From assembly GCA_963717145.1 (NCBI GenBank), contig OY970325.1, forward strand, positions 4,928,001 to 4,992,000: 64,000 nt of DNA. The letters are read 5' to 3'. Shown here in pieces: positions 19,780 to 28,079 of the stretch. The position numbers and the translations under genes were made by a program. The notes beneath the pieces were generated by a model that saw nothing but the letters and a program-made list of their open reading frames with translations, did no database searches and was not told the DNA's origin. The stretch is from an uncultured Armatimonadetes bacterium (GTDB taxonomy: Bacteria; Armatimonadota; UBA5829; DTJY01). Within the stretch, counting starts at the first letter, position 1, and every line of letters starts with the position of its first letter.

Positions 19780-21063
19780 GTGCTAGTGTACTTTGGGTCA
19801 GCGAGGACGTTGATATGGGCATCTGTGGCCCGCATGATCAGACCACTTGTGAGGCTCCATCCTGCTGTACGACATCATACCGCCGTGAAAAACGGAAAGC
19901 GTATTCTAGTTAAGATACACGGTGGCGCCGGCGTCGGTGATGTTATCATGTGTACACCGAGTCTTAGAGCACTGCGGCATGGGCATCCAAATGCCTATAT
20001 TGCATGCATGGTTAGCAAGGCACATAGTCCAGTTCTCCTGGGATGCCCTTATATAGATGAGATTATCAGCGTTGAGCAGGCGGCAGCCTCGAGGCTAAGG
20101 TATGTCACTCAGTTGGCCAAGTACCTAAGGCTGGTAATCCGGCTGGCAGCTTACCATTTCGATTTCAGCGTCGAATTGAAACAAGGCACACCCCCGATGT
20201 TGAGGCAGATTCCTGTGATGGCAGGTATCGAGCATCGTTATGGCCCCCGGGTTACCGACCCGTGGCATTCCCCTGAGGCCTATTCTGTTCGAGTACCTTT
20301 GCTAACAGATAGCACGCAAGTCGTCAGGTTCATGGAGGTCGCGGTCGCTGCCGGCGGCATACCGGATGGTGAGGAAACTGAATGCTATGTATCTCTCGAA
20401 TGGAGAAAGAGCGTTGCTAACCTCTTGGGACCGGTCGATTCTCGGCCGCTCATCGTTGTTCATCCTGGCAGCAATGACTGCTGTAGACGATGGCCAGAAG
20501 CATCGTTTGCCAAAGTCATCAATGACCTGCAAGCTGACCAGCCGGTCCGCATTCTGCTTATAGGAGTCACAGCAGAGATTGCTGTGATCAATCATATCGC
20601 TGTAGAATGCCGGTGCGCGGTCGAGACTATCGTATCAGTGCTCGATCTGGGTGAGTTGCAGGCGCTGATAGAGCGAGCTGATCTGCTTCTTTGCAACGAC
20701 TCAGGGCCGATGCACATGGCAATAGCTTTGGGCACTCCCGTTGTGGCTGTATTCGGTCCGACGAATCCCGACAAGATTGTAGGACTCAATCCACCAGACT
20801 GGTGCCGTCTTATCCGAGTACCAGCAGATTGCCCTCCGCGGTCAGAATGCCCCGTCTATGCCTGCATGTCGGGGAAGAGACGCCGTCAGGTCTTACCGAT
20901 ATGCAGCACGACAGACGCAGTATGTGTGGATGCCGTCAGTGTACAACCAGTGCTCGAAGCCGCCAGGGGACTCCTGGCATGCAAGCGGAGTTCTACAGAG
21001 CGGTTGTCCCCTAGGTCTGTTGGGGTCATCGATGTTAGTATACGAAAGAAGGAGGCGTGCTAG
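19780..21063 (+). CDS. Glycosyltransferase family 9 (heptosyltransferase-like), copy 1
   Basis: GDVIMCTPSLRAL, HPG...RRWP, ADLLLCNDSGPMHMAIALGTPVVAVFGPT; true start may be the GTG 6 nt further on. Confidence 0.92.
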   Translation: MLVYFGSARTLIWASVARMIRPLVRLHPAVRHHTAVKNGKRILVKIHGGAGVGDVIMCTPSLRALRHGHPNAYIACMVSKAHSPVLLGCPYIDEIISVEQAAASRLRYVTQLAKYLRLVIRLAAYHFDFSVELKQGTPPMLRQIPVMAGIEHRYGPRVTDPWHSPEAYSVRVPLLTDSTQVVRFMEVAVAAGGIPDGEETECYVSLEWRKSVANLLGPVDSRPLIVVHPGSNDCCRRWPEASFAKVINDLQADQPVRILLIGVTAEIAVINHIAVECRCAVETIVSVLDLGELQALIERADLLLCNDSGPMHMAIALGTPVVAVFGPTNPDKIVGLNPPDWCRLIRVPADCPPRSECPVYACMSGKRRRQVLPICSTTDAVCVDAVSVQPVLEAARGLLACKRSSTERLSPRSVGVIDVSIRKKEAC

Positions 21064-22340
21064 TGTACTTTGGGTCAGCGAGGACGTTGATATGGGCATC
21101 TGTGGCCCGCATGATCAGACCACTTGTGAGGCTCCATCCTGCTGTACGACATCATACCGCCGTGAAAAACGGAAAGCGTATTCTAGTTAAGATACACGGT
21201 GTCGCCGGTGCCGGTGATGTTATCATGTGTACACCCAGCCTTAGGGCGCTGCGACGTGGGCATCCAAATGCCTATATTGCATGCATGGTTAGCAAGGCAC
21301 ATAGTCCAGTTCTCCTGGGATGCCCTTATATAGATGAGATTATCAGCGTTGAGCAGGCGGCAGCCTCGAGGCTAAGGTATGTCACTCAGTTGGCCAAGTA
21401 CCTAAGGCTGGTAATCCGGCTGGCAGCTTACCATTTCGATTTCAGCGTCGAATTGACGCAAGGCGCACCCCCCATGCTGAGGCAGATTCCTGTGATGGCA
21501 GGTATCGAGCATCGTTATGGCCCCCGGGTTACCGACCCGTGGCATTCGCCCGAGGCCTATTCTGTTCGAGTACCTTTGCCAACAGATAGCACGCAAGTCG
21601 TCAGGTTCATGGAGATCGCGGTCGCTGCCGGCGGCATACCGGATGGTGAGGAAACTGAATGCTATGTATCTCTCGAATGGAGAAAGAGCGTTGCTAACCT
21701 CTTGGGACCGATCGATTCTCGGCCGCTCATCGTTGTTCATCCTGGCAGCCGGGACTGCTGTAGACGATGGCCAGAAGCATCGTTTGCCAAAGTCATCAAT
21801 GACCTGCAAGCTGACCAGCCGGTCCGCATTCTGCTTATAGGAGTCACAGCAGAGATTGCTGTGATCAATCATATCGCTGCAGAATGCCGGGCGCCGGTCG
21901 AGACTATCGTATCAGTGCTCGATCTGGGTGAGTTGCAGGCGCTGATAGAGCGAGCTGATCTGCTTCTTTGCAACGACTCAGGGCCGATGCACATGGCAAT
22001 AGCTTTGGGCACTCCCGTTGTGGCTGTATTCGGTCCGACGAATCCCGACAAGATTGTAGGACTCAATCCACCAGACTGGTGCCGTCTTATCCGAGTACCA
22101 GCAGATTGCCCTCCGCGGTCAGAATGCCCCGTCTATGCCTGCATGTCGGGGAAGAGACGCCGTCAGGTCTTACCGATATGCAGCACGACAGACGCAGTAT
22201 GTGTGGATGCCGTCAGTGTACAACCAGTGCTCGAAGCCGCCAGGGGACTCCTGGCATGCAAGCGGAGTTCTACAGAGCGGTTGTCCCCTAGGTCTGTTGG
22301 GGTCATCGATGGTAGTATACGAAAGAAGGAGGCGTGCTAG
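21057..22340 (+). CDS. Glycosyltransferase family 9, copy 2
   Basis: As copy 1; start overlaps the previous stop. Confidence 0.92.
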   Translation: MLVYFGSARTLIWASVARMIRPLVRLHPAVRHHTAVKNGKRILVKIHGVAGAGDVIMCTPSLRALRRGHPNAYIACMVSKAHSPVLLGCPYIDEIISVEQAAASRLRYVTQLAKYLRLVIRLAAYHFDFSVELTQGAPPMLRQIPVMAGIEHRYGPRVTDPWHSPEAYSVRVPLPTDSTQVVRFMEIAVAAGGIPDGEETECYVSLEWRKSVANLLGPIDSRPLIVVHPGSRDCCRRWPEASFAKVINDLQADQPVRILLIGVTAEIAVINHIAAECRAPVETIVSVLDLGELQALIERADLLLCNDSGPMHMAIALGTPVVAVFGPTNPDKIVGLNPPDWCRLIRVPADCPPRSECPVYACMSGKRRRQVLPICSTTDAVCVDAVSVQPVLEAARGLLACKRSSTERLSPRSVGVIDGSIRKKEAC

Positions 22341-23803
22341 TGTACTTTGGGTCAGCGAGGACGTTGATATGGGCATCTGTGGCCCGCATGATCAGACCAC
22401 TTGTGAGGCTCCATCCTGCTGTACGACATCATACCGCCGTGAAAAACGGAAAGCGTATTCTAGTTAAGATACACGGTGGCGCCGGTGCCGGTGATGTTAT
22501 CATGTGTACACCCAGCCTTAGGGCGCTGCGACGTGGGCATCCAAATGCCTATATTGCATGCATGGTTAGCAAGGCACATAGTCCAGTTCTCCTGGGATGC
22601 CCTTATATAGATGAGATTATCAGCGTTGAGCAGGCGGCAGCCTCGAGGCTAAGGTATGTCACTCAGTTGGCCAAGTACCTAAGGCTGGTAATCCGGCTGG
22701 CAGCTTACCATTTCGATTTCAGCGTCGAATTGTCACATGGCGTACCCCCCATGCTGAGGCAGATTCCTGTGATGGCAGGTATCGAGCATCGTTATGGCCC
22801 CCGGGTTACCAACCAATACCATTCTCCTGAGGCCTATTCTGTTCGAGTACCTTTGCTAACAGATAGCACGCAAGTCGTCAGGTTCATGGAGGTCGCGGTC
22901 GCTGCCGGCGGCATACCGGATGGTGAGGAAACTGAATGCTATGTATCTCTCGAATGGAGAAAGAGCGTTGCTAACCTCTTGGGACCGGTCGATTCTCGGC
23001 CGCTCATCGTTGTTCATCCTGGCAGCAATGACTGCTGTAGACGATGGCCAGAAGCATCGTTTGCCAAAGTCATCAATGACCTGCAAGCTGACCAGCCGAT
23101 CCGCATTCTGCTTATAGGGGTCACAGCAGAGATTGCTGTGATCAATCATATCGCTGCAGAATGCCGGGCGCAGGTCGAGACTATCGTATCAGTGCTCGAT
23201 CTGGGTGAGTTGCAGGCGCTGATAGAGCGAGCTGATCTGCTTCTTTGCAACGACTCAGGGCCGATGCACATGGCAATAGCTTTAGGCACTCCCGTTGTGG
23301 CTGTATTCGGTCTGACGAATCCCGACAAGATTGTAGGACTCAATCCACCAGACTGGTGCCGTCTTATCCGAGTACCAGCAGATTGCCCTCCGCGGTCAGA
23401 ATGCCCCGTCTATGCCTGCATGTCGGAGAAGAGACGCCGTCAGGTCTTACCGATATGCAGCACGACAGACGCAGTATGTGTGGATGCCGTCAGTGTACAA
23501 CCAGTGCTCGAAGCCGCCAGGGGACTCCTGGCATGTAAGCGGAGTTCTACACCCGTGTACCCCTTGATCAGGTCAGACCGCGCATTCCTTCACGATTTCG
23601 GAGTCAGCGACAGTTCTTGCCTCGCTAACATCAACGCCGATTCTGCCGCTAAGAGCCAAGCATCCACTTCGAGTATCCTCCGCTCATGCAGACAGCATCA
23701 TCTTAACCAGGAACAGATCGCCATCGGGATGGCTGTGAGCTCTTCGGGGGTTCGCTCCGCGTGTGAGCCGCTCTGGACCGGCTGGCGCATTACTCCCTGG
23801 TGA
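22334..23803 (+). CDS. Glycosyltransferase family 9, copy 3 (different C-terminal tail)
   Basis: As copy 1 up to CKRSST, then reads into unique sequence. Confidence 0.88.
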   Translation: MLVYFGSARTLIWASVARMIRPLVRLHPAVRHHTAVKNGKRILVKIHGGAGAGDVIMCTPSLRALRRGHPNAYIACMVSKAHSPVLLGCPYIDEIISVEQAAASRLRYVTQLAKYLRLVIRLAAYHFDFSVELSHGVPPMLRQIPVMAGIEHRYGPRVTNQYHSPEAYSVRVPLLTDSTQVVRFMEVAVAAGGIPDGEETECYVSLEWRKSVANLLGPVDSRPLIVVHPGSNDCCRRWPEASFAKVINDLQADQPIRILLIGVTAEIAVINHIAAECRAQVETIVSVLDLGELQALIERADLLLCNDSGPMHMAIALGTPVVAVFGLTNPDKIVGLNPPDWCRLIRVPADCPPRSECPVYACMSEKRRRQVLPICSTTDAVCVDAVSVQPVLEAARGLLACKRSSTPVYPLIRSDRAFLHDFGVSDSSCLANINADSAAKSQASTSSILRSCRQHHLNQEQIAIGMAVSSSGVRSACEPLWTGWRITPW

Positions 23804-24001
23804 GCAGGTCGCCAGGGAAAGGTACCGCCGGAAAGAGCGGTGAACGGAGCACGAAAAGCGGAGACAAGACCAGAGATCACATGAGACTGAATTGGTTTCG
23901 AAGAAGGCACGTTCGCATGTTCTCAGCCGGCGTGGGCTACTTGAGTACCGCCCGATGCTGCCCAGGAAGACCTGTCTCGCAAAAGTACGATATGTCGCCA
24001 C

Positions 24002-24031
24002 TTGACGGATGATTTGCCTCTGCAGTAAGAT
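24002..24031 (+). promoter_or_regulatory. Possible sigma70 promoter TTGACG-N18-TAAGAT
   Basis: About 80 bp upstream of the FkbM gene. Confidence 0.45.
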
Positions 24032-24109
24032 AGATCATATTACTGCTGGAAGAGCTAAGCGGTTTGGGTTCTCGAATGGTTTCGCACTATGAGCGCATGA
24101 GATGATTTC

Positions 24110-25030
24110 ATGAGGTTGCCAGGTCTCCATATTGTACAACAGTTTGCTTGCATCCTAGGCTACGTGTTTGCGGGTGTCTATGACAGAGTTCGCATAGTGG
24201 CTTACTGGGTGCGCGGCCGGAGGAATGGGATCGGTGCGATGGAACTGATCGGGAGGGTGGTCGCTAGGTCGGCCAAGCACAGAGCCAAACGCATAGCCAA
24301 GCGCAGGATACGGAGGCTAGGTGTTACCAGCGGGACGCGGGTAGGCGAATTGTATCACGTCGTGCATCTGCACGAGACAGAACGCCCGCTCTACTGGCCT
24401 TGTGAGCTTGGGCTGGACTGTCTGTATATGACTGTGAACGAGTGTTGTTGCCGGGATCACTGGCACTACTATGAGACTTCTGAGACGCGAGTACATCCGG
24501 AAGACGTCGTGTTGGACTGTGGTGCCGCAGAAGGGCTTTTCAGTCTGCAAGTGCAGCCCAGATGTAAGAGAGTCTTCTGCGTAGAGCCTCTGCCCATGTT
24601 CGTGCGGTCTCTACAGATGACGTTCGATTCTTGTCGCAATGTGACCATCGTACCGGTGGCATTGTCGGACGTGGAGGAAGAGGCACGCCTTTATCAGAAC
24701 GGAGCGGCCTCGTGCATCACGGCATGTTCGCGGGAAGGTTCATTCGACATTCCGATCAAAGTGACGACCATCGATTCGCTGTTCGGAAACACACCGGTCA
24801 CATACATAAAGGCGGATGTAGAAGGCTCCGAGTTGCAGTTGCTAAGAGGAGCAGAACAGACAATCCGGAGGTGGCGCCCCAAGATCGCAATAGCAGCATA
24901 CCATAGCAGTGCGGATGCAGAGCTGCTTTCCAAGTTCCTCACGGAGCTCAATCTGGGTTACAAAGTCCTGCTGAGGGGGATATGCCCGGAAGCGGGAAAA
25001 CCGATAATGCTTCATGCATGGGTCGACTGA
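24110..25030 (+). CDS. FkbM family SAM-dependent methyltransferase
   Basis: VLDCGAAEGLFS, VEP, VALSD, YIKADVEGSELQLLRGA, KIAIAAYH. Confidence 0.88.
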   Translation: MRLPGLHIVQQFACILGYVFAGVYDRVRIVAYWVRGRRNGIGAMELIGRVVARSAKHRAKRIAKRRIRRLGVTSGTRVGELYHVVHLHETERPLYWPCELGLDCLYMTVNECCCRDHWHYYETSETRVHPEDVVLDCGAAEGLFSLQVQPRCKRVFCVEPLPMFVRSLQMTFDSCRNVTIVPVALSDVEEEARLYQNGAASCITACSREGSFDIPIKVTTIDSLFGNTPVTYIKADVEGSELQLLRGAEQTIRRWRPKIAIAAYHSSADAELLSKFLTELNLGYKVLLRGICPEAGKPIMLHAWVD

Positions 25031-25112
25031 CAGTCTGTCCTGTGACTGAGCGCTAATGCGCCACCCGTCGGCAGAGAACCCGATATCGATCCGCTGCAGG
25101 TGCCAACCCGAG

Positions 25113-25713
25113 GTAAGAGCTCACGATCATTGATGATCCGGGCAGGTGCACTGGAGCGGGCTGTCGAATGGTAGGTTGTGAACGGTCTCGGCAGCCTATC
25201 AGGAGAAGAACTGTCGATCTAGTCTAGGAGCAGCATCAGGCTGTCCTGGAGTTGCGTGAAGCCGTGGACACCCTTGCGGAGAGCGTGGGGATGCTCGAGA
25301 AGGAGAAGGACGATCTGTCGTCCAAGCCCAGCGGCTGCAGCAGGACGATTCCTGCCTGGGCAAAGCCGAACCCGGCCCGAGCGCGAGAAGAAGGATCGCA
25401 ATAAGCGGTAGAAGTTGTTTCTGCGCCTGATGGAGACTCCGGCTGAGACACCTGTGTTGGTCAAATGCCCGAAGCTCCCTCTGAGAGCGAGACTGCAGGG
25501 CGAGCGATCTGGTCTGCGGTAACGGCAAGGGAGGTAAGTGGAGGGACACGATCGGCGAAGGGGTCTGGGGCCTGGATGAGGCTCATGGGTTTGTTTGGGA
25601 CATGGCTTCTATGAGAGGCCAAGAGCCAGTGTAGTCATGCTGCAGGATGCTTTCCGGCGCTCTCTACCCGTCCTGTCTGACCAGCTTCTCCATCAAGCAT
25701 CGTGAACTGTTTA
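25113..25713 (+). mobile_element. Internally deleted, decayed IS66 derivative (about 600 bp, both ends retained)
   Basis: Left end gtaagagctcacgatcattgat and following sequence match the 5' end of IS66 copy 1; right end catcgtgaactgttta matches its 3' end. Confidence 0.78.
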
Positions 25714-25719
25714 GAGATA

Positions 25720-25810
25720 TTGACAATTCTGGGAAAGCGGCATAGAATGGGAGCAAGTCACCGGCCACTTTCCACTACGGCTGGGACAAGCTCAGCCAAG
25801 ATAGCCGATG
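25720..25810 (+). promoter_or_regulatory. sigma70 promoter TTGACA-N17-TAGAAT plus conserved leader (cassette copy 1)
   Basis: TTGACA at 25720, TAGAAT at 25743; closely similar to the reverse complement of 55660-55749. Confidence 0.8.
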
Positions 25811-25981
25811 AGGCAAGAAGGAATAGCTTTCGAGTGTGACGAAGCGGTATGTTTGCGAGCGGTCGAAAGCTATGCTGGTTACAAGTAGCATTGTCAGTTC
25901 GGGGCAGCTCTAGTCCACACTGCCGAACGACGTGTTTGAAGAATCCAGACGAGACCAGCAGGAGAGGGAGATTAAGAAGTA

Positions 25982-27034
25982 ATGAAGGAACCGAATCGTC
26001 TGCGGATCTGGCTGTCAGTCCTGTTGTCGGGGAGCTTGGTGGTCACAGGATTGTTCCTGTTCTGCCCACCTAGTTTATTCCATTCACGGCATCTTGGCCA
26101 TAGCTATCTGATGGAGCAGCCTCGGTATTTGACCGCAGTGGCCGGTAAGTCTGGCAGACTTGCAGTGAGCGTTCAAACTGGCGGCAAGGTGCGTATATAT
26201 GTGGAGCAGGGGCATGCCAAGCTCATTCCTGTAACATCTGGCAACTTAGATGCAGACCCTGCTTGGGACCCGGCGGGCACGCGTATTGCATACGTATCAT
26301 TAGGCCGGCACGGCAAACTGGCACTCCGGGTGCTCAGCATGACAGACGGCACAGACTCCGTACTCCTGGAACAACCCCTGATATCGCAGCCGTGCTGGTC
26401 GCACGATGGTATGACTATCCTCTTCTTGAGAAGCCGGCCGGATGTGGCAGGCCAATCGACCATATGTGCAGTTGATCTTGAGACAAAACGGACAATCTCT
26501 CTCGCAGAGACAACCTATAACAGGCCTCAGGCATGGGATGTGCTGGGAGAAGACAGGATAGCCTATACGTACAATGATGCGGTGTGGATAAGGCCTATCC
26601 GGAAACCTGCAGAGCGATTGCCGATCACCTTCACCACCCCGTGCATGGTTTCAGCAGCCCCAAATAATAGGCTGATGTTTGTCTGCGAGTCCATAACAGC
26701 CAACGATAAGCGCGCCATATTGGTTGATCTGCAACCACGGCGATCGAAGCAGCTCTATGAAGGTTACATTCGACATGCACTCTGGTCCCCCTCGGGCAGA
26801 ATATTGGCAATCGCCATCAAGTATGAGACCCTGCTGTTCAGGGCCAATAAGACGGCCACCACCACAGATGAGTGGCAACTGGCTTCCACGCTCAAGGGAA
26901 TCGCTGTATGTTGGCGTTCCGACTCGAAGCTCGTGTTGATCCGGCCTACCAAAGGAAGTCCGCACTTCTTGGAGGAAGAGGATCTGCAGTCGCAAGGTAT
27001 CACTAGCTTTGCACCATATACGGCTAAGCCTTAA
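25982..27034 (+). CDS. Membrane-anchored TolB-like (PD40/WD40) beta-propeller protein
   Basis: N-terminal TM; DPAWDPAGTRIAY, PCWSHDG and WSPSGR repeats. Confidence 0.7.
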   Translation: MKEPNRLRIWLSVLLSGSLVVTGLFLFCPPSLFHSRHLGHSYLMEQPRYLTAVAGKSGRLAVSVQTGGKVRIYVEQGHAKLIPVTSGNLDADPAWDPAGTRIAYVSLGRHGKLALRVLSMTDGTDSVLLEQPLISQPCWSHDGMTILFLRSRPDVAGQSTICAVDLETKRTISLAETTYNRPQAWDVLGEDRIAYTYNDAVWIRPIRKPAERLPITFTTPCMVSAAPNNRLMFVCESITANDKRAILVDLQPRRSKQLYEGYIRHALWSPSGRILAIAIKYETLLFRANKTATTTDEWQLASTLKGIAVCWRSDSKLVLIRPTKGSPHFLEEEDLQSQGITSFAPYTAKP

Positions 27035-27213
27035 AGCGGCCTTGCCCATGAGCGGTCTCTGTGTAAATCTATTCTGGTAGCACCTTTGGACATATAGTGG
27101 GGCCATATGATGAGAGCTACTTGTCATATTGTGAGGACTGTAGACCGTCGATTTGGCAATATGCGGAAAGCAATCTTGTGCGTGTCCGTCCGCACGCAGA
27201 GAGGATGTGACTT

Positions 27214-28050
27214 ATGTCTGCTGGTATCATTAGTCGGTGGCGGCGCAAGTTGGCTTGGACTCCTGTGGCAGTAGCCATCTTGTTCGTGGTAGTGTCCATT
27301 GTACAGATGGAAGGGGGTAGCGACACAACCCGTATTTTGATTATGTGCACGGACCTCAGAGGGCCTCTGATTACATCCGGACCCGCCGATAAGATTTCTC
27401 ACTATAGGTCAGATATTATGCTTATCGTAGAGATAAGAGAGAAAGAAAAGAGAATTGTTGTTACACAGGTTCCCAGGGATACTATGGCCTATATCTGCCC
27501 AGAGTTGGGATTAGATAAGGTCAACTCTAGCGTTTTTCTTGCTGGGGCACGAGAGAGCCGCGACGTTGTGGGTAAGTTGATGGGTAACGAGATCCAGCAT
27601 TATATTGTGCTTAGCGTACCGGAGAGCCTGCAGTTTGTCAAGATCATCGGAGGGATAACGATACCCACGGATTCCGGTGGAGGTTTGACCAGCGGAGACC
27701 CCAAGTCGGTTTCTTCAGATCAGAATGGCCAGAAGTCTATTCTGCTCAAGGATCAGGCAGCCCTTGATTATGTGATGATTCGTCCAGGTTCTGACGTGGA
27801 GAGAGAGAAGAACCAGCAGCAGTTCTTAAAGGCCCTCATCAAGCAATGCCGCAAGTTGAACGCTGAACAGGTCTGCAGACTGGCTCTATGGGCCTGGAAT
27901 CAGGATGGTGATATGTCGCCAGTACAGATGGCCAGGTATGGCCGTCTGTTTCTAAGGAGCGACCGGGAGTTCCGGTCGCTGGATACTTCTGCTCTCTACC
28001 TGAATGGAACTTCGTATCTACTCGCAGTGAAACAAGATCAAAGCCCCTAG
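27214..28050 (+). CDS. LCP (LytR-CpsA-Psr) family cell-envelope phosphotransferase
   Basis: TM then ILIMCTD, RSDIML, VPRDT, DKVN, SDVEREKNQQQFLKAL. Confidence 0.85.
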   Translation: MSAGIISRWRRKLAWTPVAVAILFVVVSIVQMEGGSDTTRILIMCTDLRGPLITSGPADKISHYRSDIMLIVEIREKEKRIVVTQVPRDTMAYICPELGLDKVNSSVFLAGARESRDVVGKLMGNEIQHYIVLSVPESLQFVKIIGGITIPTDSGGGLTSGDPKSVSSDQNGQKSILLKDQAALDYVMIRPGSDVEREKNQQQFLKALIKQCRKLNAEQVCRLALWAWNQDGDMSPVQMARYGRLFLRSDREFRSLDTSALYLNGTSYLLAVKQDQSP

Positions 28051-28079
28051 CAGGGGATGTCTGTTGTGAAGGAAAGGGG

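Larger units (their letters stand above)
19725..23551 (+). repeat. Tandem triplication, 1277-bp period, one GT9 gene plus RBS per unit
   Basis: ggttgtcccctaggtctgttggggtc recurs at 19725, 21002 and 22279; identity ends at about 23551. Confidence 0.95.

Noticed and set aside
19725-23551. Diversity-generating retroelement (template/variable repeats) behind the GT9 or radical SAM variation
   Set aside because: No reverse transcriptase in the window, the repeats are whole genes, and the differences are not adenine-specific.
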